Source: Octopus vulgaris (taxonomy: Eukaryota). From it: a stretch of DNA of 64,000 nucleotides. The stretch is from assembly GCA_951406725.2 (NCBI GenBank), contig OX597830.1, positions 24,366,001-24,430,000 of the forward strand, in the 5' to 3' direction. This document shows positions 15,904 to 29,679 of this stretch, in pieces. Position numbers and translations under genes: made by a program. Position 1 is the stretch's first letter, and the number at the start of each line of letters is the position of its first letter. The notes beneath the pieces were generated by a model. That model did no database searches and was not told where the DNA came from. It was given only the letters and a program-made list of their open reading frames with translations.

Positions 15904-16953
15904 TGTATGTATGTATGTATGTATGTATGTATTATGTATGTATGTATGTATGTATGTATGTATTATGTATATATGTATGCATTATGTATGTATGTATGAA
16001 TGTATGTATGTATGTACGTACGTATGTATGTATGTATGTATGTATGTATGTATGTATGTATGTATGTATGTATGTATGTGTGTATGTATGTATGTATGTA
16101 TGTATGCATTATGTATGTATGTATGAATGTATGTATGTATGTATGTATGTACGTACGTATGTATGTATGAATGTGTGTATGTATGTATGTATGTATGTAT
16201 GTATGTATGTATGTATGTGTGTATGTATGTATGTATGTATGTATGTATGTATGTATGTATGTGTGTATGTATGTATGTATGTATGTATGTATGCATTATG
16301 TATGTATGTATGTATGTATGTATGTATGTATGTATGTATGTATTATGTATGTATGTATGCATTATGTATGTATGTATGAATGTATGTATGTATGTACGTA
16401 CGTATGTATGTATGTATGTATGTATGTATGTATGTATGTATGTATGTGTGTATGTATGTATGTATGTATGTATGCATTATGTATGTATGTATGAATGTAT
16501 GTATGTATGTATGTATGTACGTACGTATGTATGTATGAATGTGTGTATGTATGTATGTATGTATGTATGTATGTATGTATGTATGTGTGTATGTATGTAT
16601 GTATGTATGTATGTATTATGTATGTATGTATGAATGTGTGTATGTATGTATGTATGTATGTATGTATGTACGCATGTATGTATGTATGTATGTATGTATG
16701 TATGTATGTATGTATGTATGAATGTGTGTATGTATGTATGTATGTATGTATTATGTATGTATGTATGTATGTATGTATGTATGTATGTATGTATGTATGT
16801 ATGAATGTGTGTATGTATGTATGTATGTATGTATGTACGCATGTATGTATGTATGTATGTATTATGTATGTATGTATGAATGTATGTATGTATGTATGTA
16901 TGTATGTACGCATGTATGTATGTATGTATGTATGTATGTATGTATGTATGTAT
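15877..16953. repeat. About 1.1 kb (TATG)n array with recurrent variant units
   Basis: Direct reading; GCAT-TATG, TGAA and TACG-TACG variants recur in the same order. Confidence 0.95.
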
Positions 16954-17099
16954 GTGTCTGGGTGTCTATCTACAACTGTAGTGGCACATACACTGCTTCG
17001 GCAAAATAAATGAGGAACAAATAATATACTAGTTTAGTGAAGAGAGAAGTGTGTTGGTAGGAGTGAGTCCATGAATATGCCATGTTAATATGGTGATGG

Positions 17100-17413
17100 T
17101 GTGTGGCTTAGTGGTTAGGGTATTCGGCTCACGATCGAAACGTCGTGAGTTCGATTCCTGGCGGCGCGTTGTGTCCTTCAGCAAGATACTTTATTTCACC
17201 TTTGGCTCCAGTCAGCTCATCTGGCAAAAATGAGTAGTACCTGTATTTCATATCCTAGTCGTATCCTATTTCACGCTGAATCTTCTTAAGGACTACGTTA
17301 AAGGTATGCGTGTCTGGGGCGTGCTCAACCACACGTGCGTTAATTTCACGAGCACGCTGTTCCGTTGATCGGATCAACTGGAATCTTCGTCGTGGTAACC
17401 GACGGAGTGTCGT
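17100..17413 (+). mobile_element. SINE family C
   Basis: TGGCTTAGTGG A-box, GAGTTCGATTCC B-box; colinear with 26480-26795. Confidence 0.88.
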
Positions 17414-17439
17414 TCTATGTAAATATGAGTGTTAATAGT

Positions 17440-18300
17440 AATTCTATTTAGCACTGCAGTACACGAATTTGTTCCCTTATTCAAATCAAGTGTCATCAGC
17501 TCCACTTTCTTTTCTCCTCATACATTCTTAATCACGAGCAGCAACGAACTACAGCTCCCTCAAATGTTCCAGTTTTCGAATCTCTCTCCAACCGAAAGCC
17601 CTCCTTTAGTTTAACTAAACCTGCGTCTCAACTACCAACCCTTTGCATCTGCGCCAACAATAATTAATATTCTACAAAGATCAAACGAAGCCCAACAATG
17701 AAATTATCACATCTAAAACGATGCTACTCTTACACACTCATTCATCCAAGACCGCATTGATAAAAAGGGTCACTCCGCCCTTGGATATCAAATCATCCAT
17801 AAACATGCTCCCACCTCTCTCTACTTCTTCTACCGCTACTATATAGAATTTTGTTACTTGGAACTAACTAGACTCATCATAAAGACCTACACTTCCCTTC
17901 AGGGATAGAAGATTATTGATAATCCGCAGAGCTTAGACGATGTCCATAATGAACTTTTGATCTCGAATTTGCGAGGTGTTGCTGCCGCACACAAAGACAT
18001 CCTGGACGACGATCTAGAAATGAGTAATCGGATGTTTGGTCCCAAGTCATTGAAGGACGTGCACTCTCTTTTCTCTGCCTCTACTATTCTTACTGTAAAG
18101 ACCTTTGCTTCTTGCATCTGACCGCACTCATATCACATCCACTCAAACTTTTTTGTATCACACCCTTACTGTATCAAGTTCCTCAGGTTCTGCACGAATC
18201 ACTACGCCTAGTCTTTCCCTTTCGGTTTCAGAACGTTGGCCCTCTGAAATCCCCTGCCTTCTAATGTTTTTTTTTTCCCCACGTGTATTGACTCACAGAA
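17440..18300 (+). mobile_element. Possible heavily decayed LINE ORF2 3' fragment
   Basis: Only the short motif SLYFFYRYY (~17819-17845) is readable; weak support. Confidence 0.3.
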
Positions 18301-18499
18301 GTTCAAAAGTAACATTAAGGATATCAGCTTCACCGGTCTAGGAAGGTCTACGAAGGCCATAGGCGCTGTCTCTTTCTCCAGACCCGGTAAGTAAAATAAA
18401 TCTGGTCTGCCTACGTTAGCACAATTATTTGTCCAACCCTCACCAAACTTGCATTCGATGTTGGAATTGGATATCTATTAGCTGTTTGAACTTTTCAAA

Positions 18500-20268
18500 T
18501 TCATGAAATATCGTATCAAATTCCTTTCTTATCTTGTTCATTTTCATCAACTTCATTCTTAGCTTCTTGCTATGCAAGCTGTTAACTGAAACGAAGAACG
18601 TCTTGACCAGTTAATTCCTCCGACGTAATTCCAGTAAATCACGAACATCTGCACAGTCAGTTTCACAGAAAACCAAACTCTTTTGCAATGTTAGCAGCTA
18701 TTTGTTCAGTAATTTCTTCTTGTTAGAGAAAGTCATTGAAATCGTTAGCACAATGCGGTAAAATATGTTTCCAAACGTTTCCTTTATTGCTTGTTGCTAC
18801 TAATTCCCATCATTCATGAATATCTTCAATGGCATCTATTATATTAAATTGTTTCCAAGTTCTACAATGGAATTGCATTTTCTCTTGCTGTAACTTTAAT
18901 TGTGCAAAAGTTGTTGAAATAGTAGCCCTAAAAGAAGCTATTGCTCCTACGTCAATAGACTGTGAAAGGGATTTCGTGTTCGATGAGTAGGAAACATATA
19001 GATTCTACATCTTCACGCAAGTCCCTATGTGCACTGGGATGACCAACGGCATTGCCTCTAATCGATAAATCGTTGAAAGTTAGATCGTTTTTCAATACTT
19101 TCCTACGCCTGCTGAAAAATAAATTGAAAACCAATTTACAAAATGTGCTTTTGTTACCCGTGTTAAAATAGCAAAAATACTGGTTGTGCTCCTTGGTTAT
19201 AGCTTTTAAGAACACTGGAATTGAATGACGCAATGATATATTAACATGGATTTCGATCTAAAATCACCTTTAGCGTTTTCTCCCAATGGGAGCGTTCAGT
19301 GATTTTCCGCCACTAATGTGCTGCAATTTTTCTTTCTTCGCAAAAAAAGATTTTAAATGAAATTGTTTTCCAGAATAGAGCTGTTTTATTAACATTGTAT
19401 ATTCCTTTGGTTGTCGACTTCAATTATTGGGATTTTCTTTTTCTTCACTCGTAGCAATACCTGTTATAAGAACATTGTAAATTGTTGTTCGAGTTTTAAA
19501 CTTGTAAAATCAACCAAAAATAGCAAGAATCTTTTTTTCATTTCCCACTAGGACATCATTTCCTTTTTGTTAACTTGTTAATTTTTTTAAGAACTACTTA
19601 GATGTCTAAAGCATTCATTATAATAGTCACAGTGTTTAGTAGAATTTGTTTTTTGTTATAATTTTCCATCCACAAAAGCAAAAGACACTTCATTTCAACT
19701 GACAGATTCTATTACGTAAATATTCTGTACCTGAAGTTGATACCGTCGTTTTACAGTCATCTACGTCTCATAACTGTTTGCAATGTTGCTTCATGTATCT
19801 CCCAGTCACGCCTTGTTTTTATAGTGTTATCCTCACGTACGCATCTTTTTATAACTTTCAGTTTATCGATAAATGCTTTCCTCTTCGTCTCAACATCAGA
19901 ACTTTTTTTTGTCAATCTTGTTTTTACTACATTGTAACTAAGGTTTTATTTATTTTGGTGTATATTACTATGTTAATCGAGGTTAGACACCTTGGTTTTA
20001 TCTATAGATATAAGAAAAAAGGAGGAAACTGCAATTAAATTGACTGATAACCACTATACAACAGATAATGCCGAGTGCCCTACCGTGATTGTGATCTTGT
20101 CAAATGGCTCTCTACTAAAGTCTGACTAATACGCTGTGTGTTTGGGTTTCTCAAGATTTTGGGTCAATTTATAATTTTAGAATTTTTCTCTTCAGCTTTA
20201 GTGTCAATTATGAACAAGTTAATTCGAGAATCGAGCAATTCAAAGTTGTGTTAATCGGTAGTTCCCTG
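18500..20268 (-). mobile_element. Decayed pogo/Tigger-like transposon
   Basis: Minus-strand motifs NVNKTALFWK, GENAKGDFRSKSMLIYH, GNAVGHP, IDVGAIASF; possible terminus TA-CAGGGAACTACCGATTAAC at 20268. Confidence 0.7.
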
Positions 20269-21324
20269 TATATGACTCCTAAAAGCCATCAATTCTGCCC
20301 CAAGATACACTGATATCGCACTAAGCTATCTGAATATCATTATATTCATTAGAATACCTTTCCTTTAACAAGGATGCTTGTTGAAAGTGGGGTACGGATA
20401 ACTTTAATGTCATCAACATAAGTTTTGATGGGGCTCAATTAGGTAAGTTACTAGGTATACCTTTTCTCTATCTATACGGAGAGCTTGTTTGTAGCGTAAA
20501 TGTAGGTCTGAAAACTCTACTTGAGACACGGTTTCAATTTCCAATTATGCTATTTTGCTCAACTTACTACTCAAACCTTTTCTTTTTGTCTGGTTGAGAC
20601 GTTTGATATTTCAAACTTTGTGTTGTATTATTCAAAATACGACAGATTCGAATCCCAGTTTTCAGTAGGACCACAGGACAAAATTTCTTTACTTTTATAA
20701 GTGAAACGAACAGGACAGATTTTGTGACTTAAAGTAATGAAAAGTTCTCATCAGGGGGTGATTACTCTTATTCGCTTCCGTTAAAAGAAGTTTTGAGTGC
20801 TGCAACATACTGAACCCAGGTTAAACTGAAGTTAGAAAAGTTACAACAAATTGAAACCGGAACAAGGGGATAATTAACTGGATGTTTTCTTTCTGGACGA
20901 CTGCATTAGATATGTGGTTGAATGAAATAACGAATTAATCGATGTAATTGGTAATTTCATGCTTCCTGTCTCAATAATAGAGTAGAGTTTGAATGGTTGA
21001 AGATTATAGTCAGTGATTCTCATAATCCCCTTTAAGACCCAATCAGACACACTGGCTTCGTGGGTTTGTTAGCGTACGTGTGATTGTGCATGTGCGCATG
21101 CATATGCTTGTGTGTGCGCGTGTGTGCATATGTGTCTGTGTGCGTATGTGTGTGTGTGCGTATGTGTGTGTGTGTGCGTTTCTGTGTATTCGTGTGAGGA
21201 TGGCTGTTAATATGCGTATATTGCGATATGTGTCTATGATTATATTTAATGTTGTGATTCTGAGAAATCGCGTATGCGTGTGTATTTGTGCTTGTATATG
21301 TATATACTCTTGTATGTATAATCA

Positions 21325-21514
21325 TTTCTACTATAGACACAAGGCCTGAAATTTGGTGGGAGGTGACTAGTCGATGACATCGACCCTAGTGTTTCATTGG
21401 TACTTATTTTACCGACCCCGAAAATATGAAAGGCAAATTAGACCGCAGCGGAATTTGAACTCAGAACGTAGCGACGGGCGAAATATGTCTACCGATTATG
21501 CCAGCTCGCCGCCC
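21325..21514 (-). mobile_element. SINE family B, alternative tail
   Basis: Consensus match (reverse complement). Confidence 0.8.
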
Positions 21515-21847
21515 TTTTTGTATATATAATAACGAAGTAGGATGTGATGTGGAAAAGTAACATAGACACAGCAGCAGCAAATTCTTCCTCAAAACATGTC
21601 TCATCAGTTTCGAAAAGGAAGAACAGATTGGAAGATGTAGTCCAAGAAATACTATGCATGAAACAAAGACGGTAAGGGCACAATGTATGTACTTACATAC
21701 TTATGTACTTACACGGTGTCCTTAACCTCTTCTTATCCAAGATGGAGCCAAGTAGCAATGTTTTCATGTGGCAAGCTTTATAATCGTTGATAGATCTTTT
21801 ACGACACGAAACTAATGGCATATATATATATATATGCCATTAGTTTC

Positions 21848-21923
<76 letters not shown>

Positions 21924-22034
21924 AATTTAAAAATAGGATAACATCTTTATAAGAAATTATCAAGTAGTTAGATTGAAAAACTCATAAAGGAAAAAATTTA
22001 ATTTTTCCCTTTAAATATATTTAAATGTACATAC

Positions 22035-22077
<43 letters not shown>

Positions 22078-22997
22078 TGTATGTATGTACGTATGTATGT
22101 ATGTACGTATGTATGTATGTATGTACGTATGTATGTATGTACGTATGTATGTATGTATGTATGTATGTACGTATGTATGTATGTATGTATGTATGTATGT
22201 ATGTATGTATGTATGTATGTATGTATGTATGTATGTATGTATGTACATTGTTGTGTTTCGCGATAGTCATTTTATCTATTTTGTGAAATAAACACACCCA
22301 CTATATGTATGCTTTTTTCTTTACTCTTTTATTAGTTATTTTATTAGTTATTTTTTTATTATTATTATTATTATCATTATTATTATATATACATATACAT
22401 ACATACACTGGCCAATATAAGTTTAAGACCGATAATGACAGTTTTATTCACTTATTAATTTATTTTTAACAACAGTTTATATAGAATTTTTTTTCTCTTT
22501 CGAATGATATAGGTGTTATATATCTTTCTGCAATTTGAATAATTTTAATGCGGAATTAATTCAAATGATTAGAAATTGTCGGCAAAATAAGTATAAAACC
22601 GAAACAACATTATTTTGTTTAAAGTAAAAATTAACGGCACAAATGACCAACGAACAAAAATTTATTAGTATCTAGTTCCATAGCCTTTATTTTCAATTAC
22701 GGCCTTACAACGGCGGGACATGGAGTTCGACAAATGAGCACAAAAATCCCTTGGAATGTTCTGCCATATTTCTTCAATAAAATTATATAATTGGGGCAAA
22801 TTTGTTAGTCTTTCATCATGAACTCTTTTAGAAGCATAATTCCATAAATTTTCTATCGGATTGAGATCCGGGCTCTGCGGAGGCCACACAATAACCACCA
22901 TACTATTGCGCTCAAAATATTGCAAAACTTCCCTAGCTTTATGAACGGGGCAATTGTCCTGCTGGAAAATGGATCCCGGTGACATTTAATTATTTAA

Positions 22998-25434
22998 CCC
23001 ATTCGTGCCGAAATTTTTTTAGCGAATGAAAATGCCTGAAAATTCCAAGATACTATTATTTTGACCTAAATAACAACTGAAAAAAATTTCATTGAAACCC
23101 GTTTGATATTTCCTGAAATAATCACTGTCAGATATAACGGAGATTAGGCACTATGCACATGAATCTTTAATAAGCTTGTTAACTGTGCAATCTGCGTATT
23201 TAGAGGCTAAACTGAAAACTTATTTTGTAAAATTTATCCTTTTGAAATGAAACTATACAGCTTTACTGAACATGATACTTCTTGAAGCATTTGGAATGGA
23301 CATTTTTCCCACATTTTTCACACATGAAATTACTTACCCAAGAGCACTCTTTGCATCTCCTTTCATTTCAAATATGTTTAATCCAATGCTCAACACCATC
23401 ATATCTTGTATTGTCTTTCAAATGAACTGATGTGCGTTTTACATTTTCATTAGAGTTAGAGAAATGTTTTGGATGACATTGTATAACGTAATTTTGTGTC
23501 CTGCTCTATTCATCAAGATGCATGCACTTTGGATTACCACAGATACAAAATATGAAAAAATAGGCCACCACCATTTATCTTGCCGCATTTGAATCCTATA
23601 GGAACCGATGTTATGATCCAGAAGGTCAACAAATCGCATATATTTGTTGTAATTTTGGATGCGTTCAGGCTGTGGAATTAGAACATATTTCTTTTGAGGT
23701 CTATCATAGCGCTCAACAGTGGACGTTTTATAGGTTTCAAAGTTTGATAGCAGATCAACATCGTTATTATCTTTCCATTTCACAGCGACCATATTTGAAG
23801 TGGACTTGAAGTCAGCGGTTCCTCTGGGGCATGCTTTCACTTCAGTTTTCGTTTTGAAATGATATCTAGACGTCCTATTTTCTCTGCAGGTTCCCAACGC
23901 ACATATTCCTTTCTCAAATAGTTTCTCCATCAATTGAATATTTATAAAATAATTATCACAAATGTTTTGAAACCTTTATTGTCCGGTACTCCGACAGCAT
24001 CAATGAAATCAAGGACAAAGTTCCCATCTAGGCCAAATGCATTTTCGGTTTTATTGGGACCGTCTTTCTTGCCAGTGTAGAGGTCAAAGTCATGCATATA
24101 TATGTATCCATGCTGAGAACAAAGGGCCCAAACCTTGAAACCAAACCGAATTTGTTTCCCTTTTATAAATTGTTTGGCATAGTGCTTGACATAATATGGA
24201 ATCATACCTTTCCCCTACATAGAGAAGTTCTCCCAAGCCACCATGTTCCTGGATTTTTTTTATTTTGGAAATGGTCAATAGAGGTCGGAGTTTGAATCCA
24301 CGATCATCACCTAAAACATTGGCGTTATCCACTAAATGTAAATTTTTGGAACATTGTCTTCAGATGACCAATACTTTCTTATATTAGGGAGTGGAGAGTG
24401 AGCTAACAGAAGCAATTCACCAAAGAATACATACAGCTCCGATTTGCATACATTCAAAACTTTACCGTTTTGAACAGCATATCCGTTTGTTTGTTCTACA
24501 ATGTCACCCAGTAATTCATCTGTGAAGAACAGACTAAAGAAATCTACTGGATTTGAGCAAGATTTTGCTTCCTTGGATATATCTACAGGCTCACATGAAG
24601 TTGAAACACGATTCACTGTTTCGTTTTTCTTCCAATTTCTTGTTCTACTGAATTTGGTTTGTTTTAGATTTCCTGTAACTTCTTCAATTTCTTCAGGCAT
24701 AACCTGTTGACAGGGAATTTGTGTGTCCGTTTCCAGAAGCCCTCCTTTCAGTCGAACCGAGGAACCTACCGCCTCATCATCTGAAAGATCACTGTCGCCT
24801 TCAGAGAGTTCTATATTGTGAGGGGGTCCCATGTGAACATTGCCTCCATTGCTCGGTACTTCCAATAATGCTAGGGCTTCCGCTGTTGTAAGACTGAAAG
24901 AAAAGATTACAATGATATAGAGATGTGTGGACGCAAAATTTATTGTAAATGAAAACCAGAGATTATTTCATACATATCATATTGGCTATTTATAACGCGC
25001 AGCTATATCAATACGCATAAAATATTAGATGTGTTGTTTTATTTCAAGTTGCCGGATGTCCGTTATAACGGACAGTGTTATATTTCATTTTGTCTACGAC
25101 ATAAATCTAGAATGGTAACAAATAATAGCAGTCATCTCACCTATAATCATAAAAGGAAAAACACATAAGAAACCACAATAATGCCTACAGAATTAAATAA
25201 TTGAAAATAATTGGCTTACCATTTACTGCACATCCTGCTTGTATTTACCATGCTGCATAACTGTGGTTGTTACAAGTTATGGTGCCAGCGTTTGTTCAAA
25301 CAGACTGCATACGCGTTAAGAACATGTTTAATTCTTTGATACAAATCATACACAAATCACAATTCATATCAAGTACGTATTTGTTTTATACTCTTATAAA
25401 TTGTCAGTTTAAACGGACGATCAGCATGAAGGGG
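22998..25434 (-). mobile_element. piggyBac transposon, both termini present, TTAA TSD
   Basis: TTAA(22994-22997)|CCCATTCGTGCCGA ... TCAGCATGAAGGGG|TTAA(25435-25438). Confidence 0.92.
23264..25251 (-). pseudogene. piggyBac (PGBD-type) transposase pseudogene, with probable intron 24894-25219
   Basis: FFSLFFTDELL..IVEQTN, MIPYY..HYAKQFIKGK..RFGFKVWALC, GTCRENR, KWKDNNDV, YNKYM..VDLLD, KWWWPIF, C-terminal CKEC..CEKC..H..C. Confidence 0.9.
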
Positions 25435-26479
25435 TTAAATATGGCAGCACATTTTCATTCACTAATTGCAGATAGCATACACTGTTCGGTCTGCCATCAA
25501 GCTTAACAATTGAACCAACACCTAACCTGCTGAATGCGACCCACACCATTACTCCCCCACCTCCCGCTTGTGTCGTTTTCTTGATACAAGATGGAATTCT
25601 TCACTTGGACGGCCTAAACATATGACTTTCCGTCTGATCCAAAAATGCAGAAGCGGGATTCGTCGCTCCAAAGAACTTCTGGCCAGTCTTCGGCCGTCCA
25701 TTCAACATGGTTTTTAGCAAATTTGACCCACTTCCGCTAGTTCCTCACAGAAATTATCGGCTTCCTTCGAGCGATCCATATTCTTTTAGGCGGTTTCTGA
25801 CTGCCTGTGGTGTAAAGCTGATGTCAGATTCATCAGATAATTTGCTTGCAAATGTCCGAGGCTGTTAGCATTCGGTTACCTTCAGAGAGCCTATGAATTC
25901 GCTGATCCATCTGTACCGTTGTTTTTCTCGGAGCTCCCATTCTTTCCTGATCTTTGTATTGACCAGAGCTTCCATGCTTGAACATGAGCCGTTTTGCTGC
26001 ATCCTAATTGCTTGCTAATGTTCATGAAGAACACATTTTGCTGATGAAGCAACACAACCTTCGATCAGAAACTGGGCAGATACTACGACGCTTTCCCATA
26101 GCGAATTAATGTGTAACAATGCTCGATTAGTAAACAAAACTGTGCAGCACGACCAGCCATATGACCACCATTTGGTTTATTAATTTTCATAATCTCAATA
26201 CGGTCTTAAACTTATATTGCCGACAATTTCGAATCATTAGAATTAATTGCGCATTAAAATTATTCAAATTGTAGAAAGATATATAACGCCTATATCATTC
26301 GAAAGAGGAAAAAATTCTGCATAAATTGTAACAAGTAAAATAATTTTATACAGTATTGTTTAAAATATATTAATGAGGAAATAGAACTGTCATCATCGAT
26401 CTTAAAACTTATTTTGGTTAGTGTATATATACATATGTGTGTGTATGTTTGAGCACGTGTGTGTGTATGTGTGAAGGTA

Positions 26480-26797
26480 CGTGGCTTAGTGGTTAAGGCA
26501 TTGGGCTCATGATCGTAAGGTCGTGTGTTCAATTCCTGGCGATGCGTTGTCTTCTTGAGAAAGATACTTTATTTCACGTTGCTCCAGTCCACTCAGCTGG
26601 CAAAAATGAGTAGTACCTGTATTTCAAAAAAGGGCCAGTCTTGTCATACTCTGTGTCACGCTGAATCTCCCTGAGAACTACGTTAAGGGTACAAGTGTCT
26701 GTGAAGTACTCAGTCACTTGCAATTTAAATTCAGAAGCAAGCTGTTCTGACGATCGCATCTGCTGGGACCGTCGTCGTCGTAACCGACAGAGTGCTC
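26480..26797 (+). mobile_element. SINE family C
   Basis: Colinear with 17100-17413. Confidence 0.88.
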
Positions 26798-26798
26798 T

Positions 26799-26857
<59 letters not shown>

Positions 26858-26879
26858 ATATACGTATGTACGTATGTAT

Positions 26880-27072
26880 ATTTTACTTGCTTCAGTCATT
26901 TGGCGGCCATGCTGGAGTACCACATTTAGTCAAACAAATCGACCTGAGGACTTAGTCTTTGTAAGCCTAGTACATATTTTATTGATATATTTTGCCAAAC
27001 ACCTAACTTACTGGGACGTTAACACGCCTAAATCAGTTGTCAAGCGATTGTGGGGGCAAACACAGACACACA
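26880..27072 (-). mobile_element. SINE family A, 3' half
   Basis: Consensus match (reverse complement), diverged. Confidence 0.75.
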
Positions 27073-27583
27073 AATACACACACACACAAATAAACACAAA
27101 CACAGGCACAAGAACGCAAAACATCCAGACAGCTAGATGATACAAAAAAGGGACAACAAAACATCGAGACAGATGATACAAAAGAGGGACAATAAAAGAC
27201 ATGGACGGGTCATTCGAAGTTTTCTTTCATGAGTCGAGTTCAAGATTATATTTGCAATTTCGGCTGGTTATACTCGAGATTTCTCCAATCTGACCAGTCC
27301 CAAGGAAAAACTAAGCTAAGAGCGTTAGATTCCTTGGAAGAGAGCAGTGAATGTATACAAAAACAAGGACAGAAAACAAGGACGTGTTTCATTATTATTA
27401 TTATCTATTTGAAAATATAATCATGACACGTGCGTAGTCGTTTTACTACTATTTACTATTTATTGTACTTTATTGATTTAAAATAAAGTTTCTTTATAGT
27501 ATACGTTTTCTATATGGTGTGAATAACATCTTTCTTTATTGAATTGTTTAATAGTGGTTTTTCTAAAATTATATACATATATG

Positions 27584-27654
<71 letters not shown>

Positions 27655-28837
27655 TTCTGTCTGTATGAGTTAGAGGTTAAGCAACCATCTAAGGGATAAT
27701 AAATATCCAATATATTACTGGATGTGTACCTACGTATTTATATCCAATTAATAAAGATATAAATAAATGTCTACAGGATGATGTTTGTCGATCGATTATC
27801 CTCCCCATTTTCTTATTTGCCTCATATATATATATGTGTGTGTATGTGTATGTGTATGTGTGTGTGTGTGTGTGCGTGTGTGTAGTGTTGTACGTAATTC
27901 TAAAGAGATTCGATCCGAGACCGTATATCGAAACACATTTAACTAAGTGTACATTAAAAGATACTAGTATGTTCAATTATATTCATTTTGTATCTATTGC
28001 TTATTTGTAGTAGTTATGAATTGCCAGGACGTTTCGTTGCCCTTGCAACATAGTTACTGGCGCAATAGCTGTATGAAAATCTTCATACTAATTCGTTGAA
28101 GTATAACTCTTCTGCTGTGAATGTAGGTTCCCCTTCGGTAAACTCCTTCCGATAACCGTTAAATCTTTCTCCTACACTTTGAGCTATCTTTTCAGTACAA
28201 ATTTCGTAGAAACAAGTACACAATTTTTCTTGTCGCTTTGTACAATATTCTGTAATTTCTTCATTTACTAAGTGATATATAAGTTCTTGGCACACATTTG
28301 TGTTACTCCTACACGAAGAAACTGTCAAAAAAATTTTAAGGAGATACGTATAATCACTATGATGGCTCTACCTGTATATATGTCAGTGTGCGTGTGTGTG
28401 TATTCAATGACTTTAATACTGAAAATACCGTATTTCATGGCATTATATGCGGCACTTCTGTTAAGGAAAATGTCCCCAAAGAATCACTCCGGGTGCTACA
28501 TGCGAAGTTGAGTGTATCTTTTATACTTTAATGCATTAAAACCTTTTGTGCGTGTGTGACGGGCCGAGGGCGCATCTAATATAACCATGTGTCTTTTATG
28601 CTATCATACACGGTAGATTTTTGATGGATTTTTGTAGCAAATTTATTATTTTGCCTTAATAGATTTTCTTAAATCTATTAGCGATTTTACTATTGTCAGT
28701 AACTAGGTCGTACGTACGAATTAACTTTCTGACCCTTCATAAGAGATTGCACTATTAAGAAAGAGATGAAAAGTTAATATAATACCTTCTGAGTGAGCTC
28801 TAAAATGGCTAACATTACTGTTCCACAATGTGATTGC

Positions 28838-29679
<842 letters not shown>

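Larger units (their letters stand above)
22665..26099 (-). pseudogene. Tc1 transposase pseudogene (split by piggyBac; stops and frameshifts)
   Basis: Probable ATG at 26099; frame reads ...VLPYL|NN*MSPGSIFQQDN across the excised TTAA junction. Confidence 0.85.
22406..26423 (-). mobile_element. Tc1 (DD34E) transposon with ~200-bp IR/DR termini and TA TSD, interrupted by a piggyBac
   Basis: TA|CACTGGCCAATATAAGTTTAAGACCG ... CTTAAAACTTATTTTGGTTAGTG|TA; inner repeats near 22580-22601 and 26201-26220; WSDESRF (~25660), QQDNCPVH...SPDLNPIE with 34 residues between D and E. Confidence 0.92.

Noticed and set aside
21803-21851. Perfect palindrome centred on (TA)n
   Set aside because: Short inverted copy at a TA tract; likely slippage, template switching or an assembly effect
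28083-28328. 81-aa non-repetitive ORF
   Set aside because: Faint resemblance to a pogo/CENP-B helix-turn-helix region, too weak to call
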